DNA of 64,000 nt. Origin: an uncultured archaeon (GTDB lineage Archaea; Asgardarchaeota; Thorarchaeia; Thorarchaeales; Thorarchaeaceae). The notes below the pieces were generated by a model. The model searched no databases, was not told the origin of the DNA, and was given only the letters and a program-made list of their open reading frames with translations. Location: assembly GCA_964558645.1 (NCBI GenBank), contig CAZLEV010000003.1, forward strand, positions 205,080-269,079, read 5' to 3'. Every line of letters begins with the position of its first letter. The stretch's first letter is position 1. The translations under genes and the position numbers were made by a program. This document shows, in pieces, positions 20,402 to 31,981 of the stretch.

Positions 20402-21964
20402 TTAGTACCATTCGATTGTTCCGGGAGGCTTGGAAGTCACATCGTAGACCACGCGATTGATTCCGTCCACCTCGTTTACTATTCTTGAGGCGATATGTAG
20501 AAGCAGATTCCATTCAGGTCTTGCTACCGATGCGGTCATAGCGTCCGTACTCTCAACTATCCTTATCACGGCTGCTTGTTCGTATGTACGTTCGTCACCC
20601 ATGACACCAACCGACCTCACAGGAAGAAGGACACAGAAGGACTGCCATATCGACGAGTAGATCTCCTCTTTCTCTAGCTCTCGTTGCAGGATTCTGTCAG
20701 CCTTCCTAAGCACTTGAAGCTGCTCTCTTGTGACAGGTCCACTTACTCTGATCGCGAGAGACGGTCCTGGGAAAGGCTGCCTGTTAATCATGTAATCCGG
20801 TATCCCAAGACTCGACCCGACCTTCCGAACCTCGTCTTTGTAGAGGTTCTTTAGGGGTTCTACAATTTTGAGAGTCATCCAAGTCGGCAAGCGTACGTTG
20901 TGATGGCTCTTAATGACTGCTGTTCCAGTGCCTGTCGCTGCGCTCTCAACCCGATCTGGATAGATTGTGCCCTGTCCAAGGAAGTCGAATCGCCCGAACT
21001 CACCTTCAAGTTCTTTAGCCTTCTCTTCAAAGACTTCTATGAATGTGTCTGCTATCACTTTCCGTTTTTCTTCGGGGTCTTTGACACCTTCTAGTCCTTT
21101 CAAGAATCTCTCAGAGGCATCGACGACCACGAAGTGCTCAAAGTTCATCTCCTCGAAGGCTCTGACAACCTCTTCGCGTTCGCCCAATCGAAGAAGACCA
21201 TTGTCGACAAAGACGCAGTGAAGCCTATCACCTATTGCCTCGTTGATTAGGAATGCAGCCACAGTAGAGTCAACTCCGCCACTTGTACCCATCAACACGC
21301 TTCCATGTCCTACTTGATTCCGTATCGATTGAATGATGCTGGCAGTCTCGCTCTCAGGTGTCCAATCGTGGACGCATCCACACACGTCACGCAGGAATGC
21401 TTCTAGAACCCTCATCCCGTTAGGAGTATGAGCAACCTCAGGATGAAACTGAACACCAAAGATCAAATCGTCATTGGTCTTGAAGGATGCAATCTTACTG
21501 TCGCCACTCAATGCCAGAGGCTGCATGTCTTGTGGAAGTGCGACAACCTCATCACTGTGACTCATCCACACATACTGTCCGTCCGTGAGCCCCTGTAAAA
21601 TGGAGTCAGTATCAATGACATGTATTCTGGTCTTGCCGTATTCGGGATTACCTCGTGGGGAAAGCCTTGCGCCTTTCCAGACTGCCAGCAGCTGGTGCCC
21701 AAAACAGATACCTAATACGGGAACTCCAATCTCATGGAGAAGACTCATGTTAGAGCGGAAAGTTTCATTCAAGTCAGCTGCTTCGATGGATCTCGGTCCT
21801 CCGGAGAGTATGACTCCCCTGATGCTGGGAAGGTCTAGGTCGGACATTGGAGACTTCTCGGAGATGATTTCGGCATAGACACCCAGTTCACGGCACCTTC
21901 TCGAAATCAGATGCGTGTACTGTCCACCGTAGTCGACTACAAGAACCTGTTCTCTTACGCTCAA
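20402..21964 (-). CDS. guaA: GMP synthase (glutamine-hydrolysing), fused GATase + ATPPase
   Basis: GICFGHQ, QFHPE, SGGVDS, IKSHHN, KPPGTIEWY. Confidence 0.97.
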   Translation of the reverse strand: MSVREQVLVVDYGGQYTHLISRRCRELGVYAEIISEKSPMSDLDLPSIRGVILSGGPRSIEAADLNETFRSNMSLLHEIGVPVLGICFGHQLLAVWKGARLSPRGNPEYGKTRIHVIDTDSILQGLTDGQYVWMSHSDEVVALPQDMQPLALSGDSKIASFKTNDDLIFGVQFHPEVAHTPNGMRVLEAFLRDVCGCVHDWTPESETASIIQSIRNQVGHGSVLMGTSGGVDSTVAAFLINEAIGDRLHCVFVDNGLLRLGEREEVVRAFEEMNFEHFVVVDASERFLKGLEGVKDPEEKRKVIADTFIEVFEEKAKELEGEFGRFDFLGQGTIYPDRVESAATGTGTAVIKSHHNVRLPTWMTLKIVEPLKNLYKDEVRKVGSSLGIPDYMINRQPFPGPSLAIRVSGPVTREQLQVLRKADRILQRELEKEEIYSSIWQSFCVLLPVRSVGVMGDERTYEQAAVIRIVESTDAMTASVARPEWNLLLHIASRIVNEVDGINRVVYDVTSKPPGTIEWY

Positions 21965-21981
21965 GTCACTCCCTCAGCCAA

Positions 21982-23238
21982 TTAGAGCTCTGCCGCGATG
22001 TCACGACGATACCTAACCCTCCCCTCTATCTTGCTAACATCTTCGTAAGCCTTTGTTCGGGCCTCGGTTACTGACTCACCCTTTCCGAGGATGGCTATAG
22101 ATCGGCTTCCTGTTGTATAGACTGTCCCATCTCTCTCGTACACCGAAGCATAGTACATCTCACTTCCAACTTGTCCACGTACTGAGATGGGTTCATCGGC
22201 TCTCACAGCGTTTCCCGGATAACCCTCAGGCACCAAGTACACACAGACCGTGGCAAGACGGGAGAAGGAGGGTTTGCTGAGATTCCCGCTCAATATATCC
22301 TGGCAAATCTCGTCCATCGATGATTCGAGTATCGAGAGTACGTTCATTGCCTCCGGGTCTCCGAATCTTACATTGAACTCTAGAACCTTGATACCGTCAG
22401 AAGTCTTCATGAACTGTCCGTAGAGAATGCCCTTGTACCTTTCGCCTGAGTCTTCGTTGACCCCGTCGATGGCACTCGTCATGATTCCAAGAGCTTCTTC
22501 TAAATCATTCTTCTTGACATATTCAAGACCGTGGGATTCTCTGGAGTAAGAGCCCATCGATCCAGTGTTGGGTCCTATGTCGCCGTCATAGGCTCTCTTG
22601 AAATCACGGACAAGTGGCATGGGTTCTATCTTCCCCGCCGAGTCCACGAACGCCTGCACTGTGAACTCAGTCCCTGAAATCTTCTCTTCTAAGATAACAC
22701 TCCCATCACGCTGAATCATCTTCTCAGCATAGTCCAAGACCTCATCTCGAGAGTGTACATGCTCTGCAAAGAGCTTGACCCCCTTGCCACCAGTCAGCCC
22801 ATCGGGCTTAATTACGAGATTCTCGAGACCAATCTCGTCTATTGCAGCGTTGATACTGTCAGGGCTCTGCAATACTTTGAATTTGGGATTGGCATCGGGC
22901 CGGATTCTCTGCAAGAGTCTTCTCGCATAGACCTTGCTTGTTTCTAGCCTTGCAGCTTGAGAGCTGGGGCCAACAGTGGGAATACCGCTTGATTCAAGTC
23001 TATCAACGATTCCCTTTGCCAGCGGCCCCTCCGGTCCGATGATGGCGTAATCTATCCGTTCCAGGTTGGGTATGGCATCAACGTCATCCAGTTTTGCTTC
23101 AAACGATTCCTCAGAGAGGGCTTCGATACCCGGATTGATTGTATCCATCAATGACCAAAGGGTGACTCCAGAGTCGTGAAGCGCAGAAGCTATTGCATGC
23201 TCTCTAGCACCATTTCCGACTAGGAGTACTCTGCTCAA
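21982..23238 (-). CDS. purD: Phosphoribosylamine--glycine ligase
   Basis: [38 protein letters not shown]. Confidence 0.96.
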   Translation of the reverse strand: MSRVLLVGNGAREHAIASALHDSGVTLWSLMDTINPGIEALSEESFEAKLDDVDAIPNLERIDYAIIGPEGPLAKGIVDRLESSGIPTVGPSSQAARLETSKVYARRLLQRIRPDANPKFKVLQSPDSINAAIDEIGLENLVIKPDGLTGGKGVKLFAEHVHSRDEVLDYAEKMIQRDGSVILEEKISGTEFTVQAFVDSAGKIEPMPLVRDFKRAYDGDIGPNTGSMGSYSRESHGLEYVKKNDLEEALGIMTSAIDGVNEDSGERYKGILYGQFMKTSDGIKVLEFNVRFGDPEAMNVLSILESSMDEICQDILSGNLSKPSFSRLATVCVYLVPEGYPGNAVRADEPISVRGQVGSEMYYASVYERDGTVYTTGSRSIAILGKGESVTEARTKAYEDVSKIEGRVRYRRDIAAEL

Positions 23239-24680
23239 TGTAGGTCTACCTCATATGGTTCTATAATGACTGATGCTCTATCTGACTCCTCGACAACTCC
23301 GAGCTCATAGCTCTCGTCGAGAGCTGATAACACCTGCAAGGCCTGCTCCTTCTGGGTCTCAGGCACAATCACAATCAGACCCACAGACATATTGAAGGTT
23401 GAGAACATCTCTTTCCACTCGATTTGTCCCTCTCTCTGCAAATAGGAGAAAATGGGTTGGATCTCCGGGAGTGTTCTAATCCTGAATCTTGCGGCCTTGA
23501 GTCTGAGTATCTTCTTGAACCCTGAGCCGGTGATGTGGGCTATTCCATGTATTTCGACCCCGCTTTCTCTTAGGGCCTTCAGGTGAGGAACGTAAATCCG
23601 AGTTGGTCTTAGAAGCTCGTCCGCTACTCTGGTTCCCCATGGGAATGTATCGTCTATGCCCAGTTTCGAGAATATGACCTTTCGTGCTAACGTGAATCCG
23701 TTTGAATGAATCCCGTTGGATGAAACCCCTAGTATGGCGTCCCCGTTCCCAATCATGCTTCCGTCAACAAGCTCATCTGGGTGAGCTGTTCCAACTGCTG
23801 TTCCGGCCAGGTCTATGCCGATGTCAGTTGTTCCTCTTATCATGTCAGGGAGGATCGCTGTTTCTCCTCCTAAAATCGGAATGCCGGATACTCTGCATCC
23901 ATCAAGGAGGCCTTGCCCAATCTGGCTAAGAATGTCCCTAGGGAGAGGTTTCTCCGCAGCCAGGTAGTCTACAAAACCTACCGGCAATACACCTACAGAA
24001 ACCAAGTCGTTTACATTCATTGCAACACAGTCTTGGCCGATTGTATCATATCTTCCAGCCATCTCGGCAACCAATACCTTACTTCCAACTCCATCGGTAG
24101 ACATGGCGATACAGAGCTCATCAGAAACCCGCACCGTGTTGGCATAGTGACCATAGTCCTGCATGACATCTCCGTGTTCGAATGATCTTCGCACGTATTC
24201 TCCTAGGATTCTGAGGCCTTCTGATACTTCTGTTTCATCAACACCTGCTTCAGCATATGTACTAGGTATCTTCTTTGATTGGTCGGTTTGGATGCGGATT
24301 ATTCTCGCAGCCAAGTGGGCGGCGTTCTGACCATTGTCTATCCCTACCGTGGCCACAGGCACGCCTTTGGGCATCTGAACGATTGACAGCAGGGCATCAA
24401 GCCCTCCAAGTGCTGCAGAAACCGGGACACCAATTACGGGCTTGTCAGTGAGCGATGCAACTACGCCGGGCAGGGCTGCAGCGAGTCCTGCGACTGTGAC
24501 GATAACACGCGCGTCGCTCTGTTCTACTATCGCTCTTACCAACTCAGGTTCTCTGTGGGCGGAAGCATACCTTTCTTCGTATGATATTGAAAGCTCTTCA
24601 AGGATCGAGGTACACTTTTCCACTATCTTCGCATCGCTCTTACTGCCTGCTATTACAAGTACGTCTACCAATGAACTCAC
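23235..24680 (-). CDS. purM: PurE-PurM fusion (AIR carboxylase/N5-CAIR mutase + AIR synthetase)
   Basis: N-terminal PurE motifs [29 protein letters not shown]; then PurM motifs [32 protein letters not shown]. Confidence 0.92.
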   Translation of the reverse strand: MSSLVDVLVIAGSKSDAKIVEKCTSILEELSISYEERYASAHREPELVRAIVEQSDARVIVTVAGLAAALPGVVASLTDKPVIGVPVSAALGGLDALLSIVQMPKGVPVATVGIDNGQNAAHLAARIIRIQTDQSKKIPSTYAEAGVDETEVSEGLRILGEYVRRSFEHGDVMQDYGHYANTVRVSDELCIAMSTDGVGSKVLVAEMAGRYDTIGQDCVAMNVNDLVSVGVLPVGFVDYLAAEKPLPRDILSQIGQGLLDGCRVSGIPILGGETAILPDMIRGTTDIGIDLAGTAVGTAHPDELVDGSMIGNGDAILGVSSNGIHSNGFTLARKVIFSKLGIDDTFPWGTRVADELLRPTRIYVPHLKALRESGVEIHGIAHITGSGFKKILRLKAARFRIRTLPEIQPIFSYLQREGQIEWKEMFSTFNMSVGLIVIVPETQKEQALQVLSALDESYELGVVEESDRASVIIEPYEVDLH

Positions 24681-26845
24681 TCCATGTACTTTCTTAGACC
24701 CGTTCTGAAGCTTCTAGCAGCCTCTTTCATGTCCACCTCGAAATCGCCGAAGTCTGCTACTCTGTTGTTCACAGTCAATCCAATCTCCACTACGGGTGTT
24801 TCATGTTTCTCCATTACATCCATGAACTGTTGTTGATTTGATTCCGTCACCTCGGCGACATATCGGGCTGAGGTTTCGGAGAACAGGATTTCGACATCTC
24901 TCGAAGTTGTACCCGGGACATAGTCCAAATCCACCTTGAAGCCATAGTCGCTATTCATGACCATTTTCATCAAAGATATGGCAAGACCCCCCCTTCCCAG
25001 ATTGTTGCAGGATCTTATCAGTCCAGACTTGTGACACTGGAGAATTGCATTCATGACGTTCTTTTCACGCTTCGGTCTGTAGACAGGGGGTATTCCTTGG
25101 ACTCTTCCGGTAATCATGCTCTGGAATTCAGTTCCGTTTAGCTCGGGCAGCGTTTCTCCAACGAGGAGGAGGTTGGCCCAAGGGGTACAAAGACTCCGTC
25201 TAATCGGTACATACCCTGGTTCAAAGATGCCAGCCATCATAATCTGTGGAGTGGGATTGATCCTACGTGTCTTGCCTTCGGTTTCTGCTTCATTATAGAG
25301 CGATACATTCCCTGCTACTACCGGGATTTCGAAATCATTTGAAAAACGGCCCAGACCCCTAATCGATTCGACAAATTCTGCATACGAATCCGGCCTTTCA
25401 GGGTTTCCGAAGTTGAGGCAATCTGCAATAAGAATCGGTCTTGCGCCCATCGAGACAATGTTTCTCAGGCACTCTGCAGCCGAGTTGGCTGTACCTTGCT
25501 GAGGATCAAGCAAGCACCACTGAGAATTACAGCCACTCGAGAAGGCTATTCTCTTGTTGAAAGGAAACTCAAGAACTCCTGCATTCTCCCCGATATCTAC
25601 GATTGTATTAATCTGAACGTGCTGGTCATATTGGGAGTAAACCCAAGATCTGTCGCATATGTTGAGAGAGCCGAGCATCTCCACTATTACCTTATCGAAA
25701 TCATGGTCGTCTTTCACCCAATCTAGACTCTGCTTCTGAACCGGGATTACCCCCTCAACTCTCTCAGGAATAGGACATCCATCAACCAGAAGACTGATGG
25801 GTAGTCTGGCCTTGACTTCTCCACCCTCTAGCACCGTGTAGTGCTGGTCAGCAGTGACTTGACCAATGACTGCATGTGGGGCCTCGCTCTTAGCAAGAAT
25901 CTCGAGCACATCATCAAGATTCTCAGGAGATACTACCGCCAACATGCGTTCCTGAGATTCAGATACGATTATCTCCCAAGGAGCCATGCCTTGCTCTCGA
26001 ACCGGCACTCTATCAACATCAATCGTGACCCCCGTTCCGCCATTCGAGGCCATCTCTCCGGCACATGATGTCAGACCACCTCCGCCCAAATCTTGGAGGC
26101 CATCAATGAGCTCCTGCTCTACTAGTTCGTTCAGCACATCTATGAGTACCTTCTTGGCAAGAGGATCGCCTATTTGAACCGCTGCTCTATTCTCTTCTTC
26201 ACGATCGGAGAAAGCCTCCGAGGCGAAGCTCACCCCTGCGATACCATCTCTCCCTGTCGTAGACCCGAAGATAACCAAATGATGCCCCGGGGTTTTTGCG
26301 CTGCTTCTGATGACTTTCTCGGGCTTTACAACTCCGATGCAGACGACGTTCACAAGGCAGTTTCCCTCATACGAGTCATCAAAACTGAGGTCGCCGCCAA
26401 TCGTAGGGATGCCGACGCTATTGCCATAGTCAGAGATACCGCGAACAACGTGTTCCAGAAGATATGCATTCCTTGGTTTTTTTGGATGCCCGAAATGTAG
26501 ACAGTTCATGAGCCCAACAGCTTTACACCCTTGTGATATGACATCTCGAATGATGCCCCCGACTCCAGTAGCAGCACCGTTGTACGGATCTATCTGGCTT
26601 GGATGGTTGTGCGACTCCATTGCGACCCCCAGAAGAGTCCCATCACCGATATCAACTAGCCCTGCTCCTTCCCCTATGCCGAGGTAGACTCTCTCCCCCT
26701 TGGTCTTGAAGAGATGGAACCATCTCTTGCTGCTCTTATAGCTGCAATGCTCACTCCAGAGCACATCGAGCATAGCCAGCTCGGTTTCATTTGGCTTCCT
26801 CCCAAGAACCTTTGATGCCTGCTCGAGTTCTGCTTTCGTTATCAC
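24677..26845 (-). CDS. purL: FGAM synthase subunit PurL (small type)
   Basis: [43 protein letters not shown]. Confidence 0.97.
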   Translation of the reverse strand: MITKAELEQASKVLGRKPNETELAMLDVLWSEHCSYKSSKRWFHLFKTKGERVYLGIGEGAGLVDIGDGTLLGVAMESHNHPSQIDPYNGAATGVGGIIRDVISQGCKAVGLMNCLHFGHPKKPRNAYLLEHVVRGISDYGNSVGIPTIGGDLSFDDSYEGNCLVNVVCIGVVKPEKVIRSSAKTPGHHLVIFGSTTGRDGIAGVSFASEAFSDREEENRAAVQIGDPLAKKVLIDVLNELVEQELIDGLQDLGGGGLTSCAGEMASNGGTGVTIDVDRVPVREQGMAPWEIIVSESQERMLAVVSPENLDDVLEILAKSEAPHAVIGQVTADQHYTVLEGGEVKARLPISLLVDGCPIPERVEGVIPVQKQSLDWVKDDHDFDKVIVEMLGSLNICDRSWVYSQYDQHVQINTIVDIGENAGVLEFPFNKRIAFSSGCNSQWCLLDPQQGTANSAAECLRNIVSMGARPILIADCLNFGNPERPDSYAEFVESIRGLGRFSNDFEIPVVAGNVSLYNEAETEGKTRRINPTPQIMMAGIFEPGYVPIRRSLCTPWANLLLVGETLPELNGTEFQSMITGRVQGIPPVYRPKREKNVMNAILQCHKSGLIRSCNNLGRGGLAISLMKMVMNSDYGFKVDLDYVPGTTSRDVEILFSETSARYVAEVTESNQQQFMDVMEKHETPVVEIGLTVNNRVADFGDFEVDMKEAARSFRTGLRKYME

Positions 26846-27534
26846 AAGGTATCCCTCACAAAGTTCTCTAGGATAAGACTGCCATCTTGAGAGCCTATGG
26901 CAATTCTGGACGCACGTTCAGGATGAGGCATCATGCCCATCACATTACCCCTCTCATTGACGATTCCAGCGATGCTCGTCACTGACCCGTTGGGATTCGT
27001 TTCGTCTGAGATATTTCCATCCTTGTCACAGTATCTGAACAACACCCTCTTTTCGGATACGAGTCTATCCAACGTGTCATTGGTGCAGAAGTAGTTACCT
27101 TCAGCGTGCGCGATGGGTATCCTGATTATCGCATTCTCCAGTCCCTCCGTGAATCGGGAGACATCCTCTGATACTTTGAGGTAGACCCATTTACAGACAA
27201 AACGAGCAGATTCATTGGCAAGAAGAGCGCCTGGCAGAAGTCCTGCCTCGGTAAGGATTTGAAATCCGTTACAGATGCCTAGAACCGGTTTGTCGTCATC
27301 GATGAGCTCCTTCACACCCTCCATAATATCTCCGACTGATCCTACGGCCCCTGCTCGTAAGTAATCGCCGAATGAGAAGCCTCCTGGGATAACAGCTCCG
27401 TCGGCTTCTTGAAGGGCAGTTGGACCAAGACGACTTGGAACAAGGAACGGATCTGCACCGGGTATTCCATTGAGCACCCGAATCACGTCTTGTTCGTTAT
27501 TCGTTCCAGGGAAACGCAGGACTGCGATTGCCAA
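26842..27534 (-). CDS. purQ: FGAM synthase glutaminase subunit
   Basis: FPGTN, PGGFSFGDYLRAG, GICNGFQ, MMPHPER. Confidence 0.97.
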   Translation of the reverse strand: MAIAVLRFPGTNNEQDVIRVLNGIPGADPFLVPSRLGPTALQEADGAVIPGGFSFGDYLRAGAVGSVGDIMEGVKELIDDDKPVLGICNGFQILTEAGLLPGALLANESARFVCKWVYLKVSEDVSRFTEGLENAIIRIPIAHAEGNYFCTNDTLDRLVSEKRVLFRYCDKDGNISDETNPNGSVTSIAGIVNERGNVMGMMPHPERASRIAIGSQDGSLILENFVRDTL

Positions 27535-28542
27535 CTATGTCAGCCTCAATTCTGTTCTTTCAGCAATAGGATTGGAGAGAAGCTTCATGTTCATCTCCTC
27601 AAGCTTCTCTAGGAGGTCGGGACTTACCGGCTGGTTGACGGTGATTCTGTATATCCTTCCCGCACGAACATCTACTGCATGGTCGAATCCTAGTCTTGTC
27701 ATGGCCTTTCGAGTCACTTCACCCGGAGGATTCTTGATACCGTCCTTTGGCAAAACGAGAACTGATAGAGTCTCCACCCTATTGGGAATCTCTTCAGGGT
27801 CTGTTTCTCTCAGTCTGTCCAGTAGTCGTCTGTAAGCATCGACGACATCTCCTGAATCGTCTCTGAAGATGTCTTTGTCCAATGAGTCTTCATCCTTGTC
27901 CCAGACTCTAATCGTGTCTCCTGAGATCTCGTCTGCTAGTAGGATTGCCCCATCTTTTGTCTTCCCAAACTCAAGCTTGAAGTCAACGAAACGTAGTCCA
28001 GCTTGCGAAAGGAGTTCTCGTAGGTAGTAATTGACGGACAGTGTCACCGCATGTATGAAGGCAATCTCATCTGCCGTGGCGAAGCCAAGCCTTTCTATGG
28101 CGTCGGTGGAGAGGAGTGGGTCATGGAGAGAGTCATCTTTGAGGAAGAACTCAACCAAAGGTTCTGCAAGGACTTGCCCACGCTGGATGCCATATCGCTT
28201 ACAGAATGATCCTGCAGCGAAGTTGCGGCATACAACCTCTAGAGGGAAAATCTCAACTTTGCGGCAAAGCCACCTTGTATCCTCAAGCCTCTTGATGAAA
28301 TGGGTTGCAATGCCCTTTTCTTGTAGATACTTCAGAAGAAACTCCGACGTATCGCAGGTCACGAGAGCCTTACCCTCAATCTCGTCTCTCTTCTCACCGT
28401 CACCAGCAGTAATTGCATCTGTGAATTCTATGATGACTCTTTCTGGGGAGTCTGGGTCGGCGTAAACACGCTTGACTTTTCCCTCGTTGATTAGATCCAA
28501 CTTCAATATCTCCTTTCTCTTTATGCTTGGGTTTTCTCGCAA
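27535..28542 (-). CDS. purC: PurC-PurS fusion (SAICAR synthetase + FGAM synthase PurS)
   Basis: PurC motifs EGKVK, PLEVVCRN, DFKLEFG, DEISGDT, DKDIFR; C-terminal PurS motifs LPKDGIKNPPG, VRAGR, LLSNPIAE. Confidence 0.92.
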   Translation of the reverse strand: MRENPSIKRKEILKLDLINEGKVKRVYADPDSPERVIIEFTDAITAGDGEKRDEIEGKALVTCDTSEFLLKYLQEKGIATHFIKRLEDTRWLCRKVEIFPLEVVCRNFAAGSFCKRYGIQRGQVLAEPLVEFFLKDDSLHDPLLSTDAIERLGFATADEIAFIHAVTLSVNYYLRELLSQAGLRFVDFKLEFGKTKDGAILLADEISGDTIRVWDKDEDSLDKDIFRDDSGDVVDAYRRLLDRLRETDPEEIPNRVETLSVLVLPKDGIKNPPGEVTRKAMTRLGFDHAVDVRAGRIYRITVNQPVSPDLLEKLEEMNMKLLSNPIAERTELRLT

Positions 28543-28559
28543 TACATCATCTTTATGAA

Positions 28560-29633
28560 CTATGTGGAAACCTCGCTCAGGCGGTCTTCTTTAGCAGCTG
28601 TTTCGATATCAATCATGCAAAGGTCTAGCGGACTATGTATCTCTCTATTCATCTTGAGGGTTAAACGACGCATCTCAGGGCTTGTGGGACCCACACATGG
28701 CGATCCCGGGACACGGGGGCTAAGGTCGAAAATAACGAATTCCGAGTCGACAGTCAAAGCCCCCTGTAATGCGAAGAGGCCTATGATCCCTGGCGGAAAA
28801 TGCTTTCTTGCTCCTTCAAGAAGCTGTTCTGCAGCTTGATAGACAAGAGGCTTCTTACTCTCTCGCATTGTAACTCCCTTATGACCTACCTCTTCGTTGA
28901 CGATCGACACATCCAATCCGGTCTGGTCCTCGGCGGGGAGATTCAATAACCCGCTGAGATTCGTCTGGATTCTATCGTCAAAACCTACGAAGTCGAGTTG
29001 GCCAAAGTGGTCTACCATTGCATAGGCCTGAAAGTTTGCGTTGAATCGCGGAGCGATAATGAACTCCTCGACAGTGGCGTTCGCAAGATCTTCTTCCGCT
29101 ATGACCCCTTCGTCAATCATCTGACGACTCTTGATTTCATATTCCTCAGTGGAACTCGCATAGAAGAATGCCCGCTCCAGGGGACGCTCCTTCTGCTGGA
29201 CCTTTACAATGACAAGTCTGTCAATCTCATCGGGTTCAATCATTTTTGGAATCCTGATACCTGACTCTTCCATGAGCCAATACTGGTCTCTTTCTAGGCC
29301 TCTCTCCTCCACTCTTAGGATATGCCTGTTTCCGTAGATGGGTATCCTGAATCTCTCTTCGATATTGCTGTAACCAACATAGACCGAGAAAGATCGATTC
29401 GGAATCCATAGTGTGTCCAGCTCGCTCAGCTGGTTCTGGGTATCATCTTGAATCATCTGGGAAAATTTGTCAAGCACGATGATACTATCGTAGAGATGTT
29501 TATTGTAGTGGGTGTAGAGTTTCTCTCTCCCTCTTTGACAAACCACTACTGTTCGAAATCCGTTTGCCTTGGCAGACACCGCTATTTCTTCTGCACTGTG
29601 TGAACCGAGCATTCCAATTGTCGGTAGCTTCAT
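28560..29633 (-). CDS. PurP-like ATP-grasp protein (DUF1246/DUF1297), second paralogue
   Basis: GSHSA, IPNRSFSVYVG, RESKKP, PPGIIGLFALQ, SPRVPG. Confidence 0.85.
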   Translation of the reverse strand: MKLPTIGMLGSHSAEEIAVSAKANGFRTVVVCQRGREKLYTHYNKHLYDSIIVLDKFSQMIQDDTQNQLSELDTLWIPNRSFSVYVGYSNIEERFRIPIYGNRHILRVEERGLERDQYWLMEESGIRIPKMIEPDEIDRLVIVKVQQKERPLERAFFYASSTEEYEIKSRQMIDEGVIAEEDLANATVEEFIIAPRFNANFQAYAMVDHFGQLDFVGFDDRIQTNLSGLLNLPAEDQTGLDVSIVNEEVGHKGVTMRESKKPLVYQAAEQLLEGARKHFPPGIIGLFALQGALTVDSEFVIFDLSPRVPGSPCVGPTSPEMRRLTLKMNREIHSPLDLCMIDIETAAKEDRLSEVST

Positions 29634-30583
29634 TCGATCACCTCATCAAGCGCATTCATTTCTTCTAGTTCTTTGATTTCGCGAGCTATCCTGCGTCCCA
29701 TCCACATGGGCTCGGAGAACATGAGATAACTGTAGGGGGAGTATGGAATCCAAATGTTCGTCCCTGCAACTATACGTCCACTAAACTCGAACGTGTAGAT
29801 CTGTTGGTTCCGGTCAATTATGGTCTCGAGACAAAATGGTCCGACCAGCCTCTTTCCGGTAAGCTCCTGGAACGCCCTGGCAAAGTGCTTTCCCATCTCA
29901 TAGTACCTAGCGAGGGTGGACTCCCTCAACACCATGGGCAGATTGCCAATCACAACAAACGAGGGCCGCTCGTCGAATCTTAGATTGGCGTCTGCGTCTG
30001 TTTCATACCGGATGTCTGCGCCAAACACTTCCATTCGTTCCCTTGCCACCGAGTTGAAGTATGTGACGAAGACTTTCGTGCCGACAATGTACTCCTGCAT
30101 AGCCACTTGGGTATCCGAGCTCATCTTGGCACGTGCCTCCTCCCCGTTCTCAGCAATGAAGTATCCCTCGCCTCCTGCAGCTCCATGCGACTTGACTATG
30201 ATGGGGCAGTCGACCTCATCGATGCTTGCGAATTCTCTTGGAACAAGAAGTCCAGCCGCTCTCATCAACTCGGATTTTAGCTCTCTGTCTTCTTCCCACC
30301 GCAGCAACTCCTTACTGCCAAATAGTCGTAGATTGGACTCGATGATTCGGTCAGCTCCAATATAGGCAACAAAGGAACCATGAGGTACCATTATGGTGTC
30401 AGATAGATCCATATCAAGAATCTCATCGAACGCCGACACTCTGATAATAGAATCTGACAGCCCAAAGGTGCTATAGAATTCCTCTCTATCTGAGTGGCAA
30501 TAGAGAGCTGTCTGGAAACCTTCTGCTCTCGCTCCAGAGAGAATGTTGAGGGCACTGTGGCTTGCAATAGTTCCAATCTTCAC
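29630..30583 (-). CDS. purP: AICAR formate ligase (FAICAR synthetase)
   Basis: IASHSAL, VPHGSFVAY, GGEGYF, GNLPMVLRES, GPFCLET, RIVAGTN. Confidence 0.88.
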   Translation of the reverse strand: MKIGTIASHSALNILSGARAEGFQTALYCHSDREEFYSTFGLSDSIIRVSAFDEILDMDLSDTIMVPHGSFVAYIGADRIIESNLRLFGSKELLRWEEDRELKSELMRAAGLLVPREFASIDEVDCPIIVKSHGAAGGEGYFIAENGEEARAKMSSDTQVAMQEYIVGTKVFVTYFNSVARERMEVFGADIRYETDADANLRFDERPSFVVIGNLPMVLRESTLARYYEMGKHFARAFQELTGKRLVGPFCLETIIDRNQQIYTFEFSGRIVAGTNIWIPYSPYSYLMFSEPMWMGRRIAREIKELEEMNALDEVIE

Positions 30584-31974
30584 CGTATCTCCCTCTCATA
30601 GTCTCTGATGCCATCTTGCATGCCATCCGAGTGGACGGCTTTCTGTATCCTTCTTGCATGCTCTGTGGGATAATCGCCATCCAAACATGCCAGGCACATA
30701 TCCTGAATGCCAATGGCATTCACAAGCCCATCGATGTCCTGGTAGATGAGAGCATCTGCACCTATGAAATCGCGTATACTTTCCATGTCTGCTTCTGAGG
30801 CGATCAGTTCTCTTGAATTCGATATATCTATGCCATAGTAGCAAGGATGGCTCTGTGGTGGGCATGTCACTGCAAAATAAACTCTGGATGCTCCTCTTCT
30901 CTTCAAATCATTGACTATCATCTTGGCTGTTGTACCCCTTACGATACTGTCGTCAACGACCAGCAGGTTCCTTCCCCGAATCTTGTCGTCTAGGTAGATG
31001 TACTTGTAATGTGTCACCGAGTCTCTCTCTGAGACTGAGCAAATGAACGTTCGACCTAGGTATCTGTTCTTCAGGATGACCTCCCTCATTGGCACTCTCA
31101 GTTCTTCAGCGAGGGCCTGTGCGGCCGGTCGGCTCGTATCTGGTACCGGGATTACGTAGTCGGGTTTCTCCAGTTGAAGATTAGTGAATGTATTCGCAAG
31201 TGCTCTACCTAACCGGAATCGAACATCATACACAAGCTGATTCTCTATTCTCGCTGCTGGATTCGCGAAGTAGACATACTCAAAGAAGCAGTGCTTGTGG
31301 GTGTCTTGCTGAGATATGCTGTAGCACTGAACCGACTTCTCAGGTCCAAAGATAATGAGTTCTCCGGGGTAGACATCTCGGTCGAAGATGACTTGAGCCA
31401 TGTTGAGAACAGTGCTCTCGGATGCTACTATGGTGTGTTCAGCTGATCTGCCAAAGACAAGGGGCTTGAACCCTCGAGAGTCCCGATAGGCAAAGAGTCT
31501 TCCGTCATAGATTCCAACAATACTATATGCCCCGTCAATCTCTGACGCGAGTCGGGTGAAGGCGGTGGCCAGATTTCCATCGCCCTCTGAAAGATGCATC
31601 CATAGCCTATCGCAAATGAATTTGGTATCACATTCATAGTCCTCATGAACCAACGAACGGAGGTTTGTTATGTTTCCGTTGTGGGTGACTGCAAGTCGAC
31701 CCTTCTGGAAAGGCCCCACGAAATCATGAAATCTTTCCTCCGAGGTCACCCGGTGTCCAGACGTTGGATATCTGGTGCTTCCAAGGATGATGTTTGACTC
31801 CTTCTCTTGGAGAGACAGATTTGAAGGGTTACCTATCGTCTTGGACTCCTGGAACTTCGAACCAGATATCCAGAGCAAACCTGAGGCGTCCTGTCCCCGA
31901 TGTGTTAAGAGGCGGAGTAGTTCCTTCGAGGCGCCTAATTCATAGCGCCCAAGAATACCAAGAACACCACACAT
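30580..31974 (-). CDS. purF: Amidophosphoribosyltransferase (Fe-S type)
   Basis: N-terminal nucleophile MCG, HRGQDA, HNGN, CFFEYVYF, VDDSIVRGTT, CYYGID, CLAC. Confidence 0.95.
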   Translation of the reverse strand: MCGVLGILGRYELGASKELLRLLTHRGQDASGLLWISGSKFQESKTIGNPSNLSLQEKESNIILGSTRYPTSGHRVTSEERFHDFVGPFQKGRLAVTHNGNITNLRSLVHEDYECDTKFICDRLWMHLSEGDGNLATAFTRLASEIDGAYSIVGIYDGRLFAYRDSRGFKPLVFGRSAEHTIVASESTVLNMAQVIFDRDVYPGELIIFGPEKSVQCYSISQQDTHKHCFFEYVYFANPAARIENQLVYDVRFRLGRALANTFTNLQLEKPDYVIPVPDTSRPAAQALAEELRVPMREVILKNRYLGRTFICSVSERDSVTHYKYIYLDDKIRGRNLLVVDDSIVRGTTAKMIVNDLKRRGASRVYFAVTCPPQSHPCYYGIDISNSRELIASEADMESIRDFIGADALIYQDIDGLVNAIGIQDMCLACLDGDYPTEHARRIQKAVHSDGMQDGIRDYEREIR

Positions 31975-31981
31975 GTAATCT

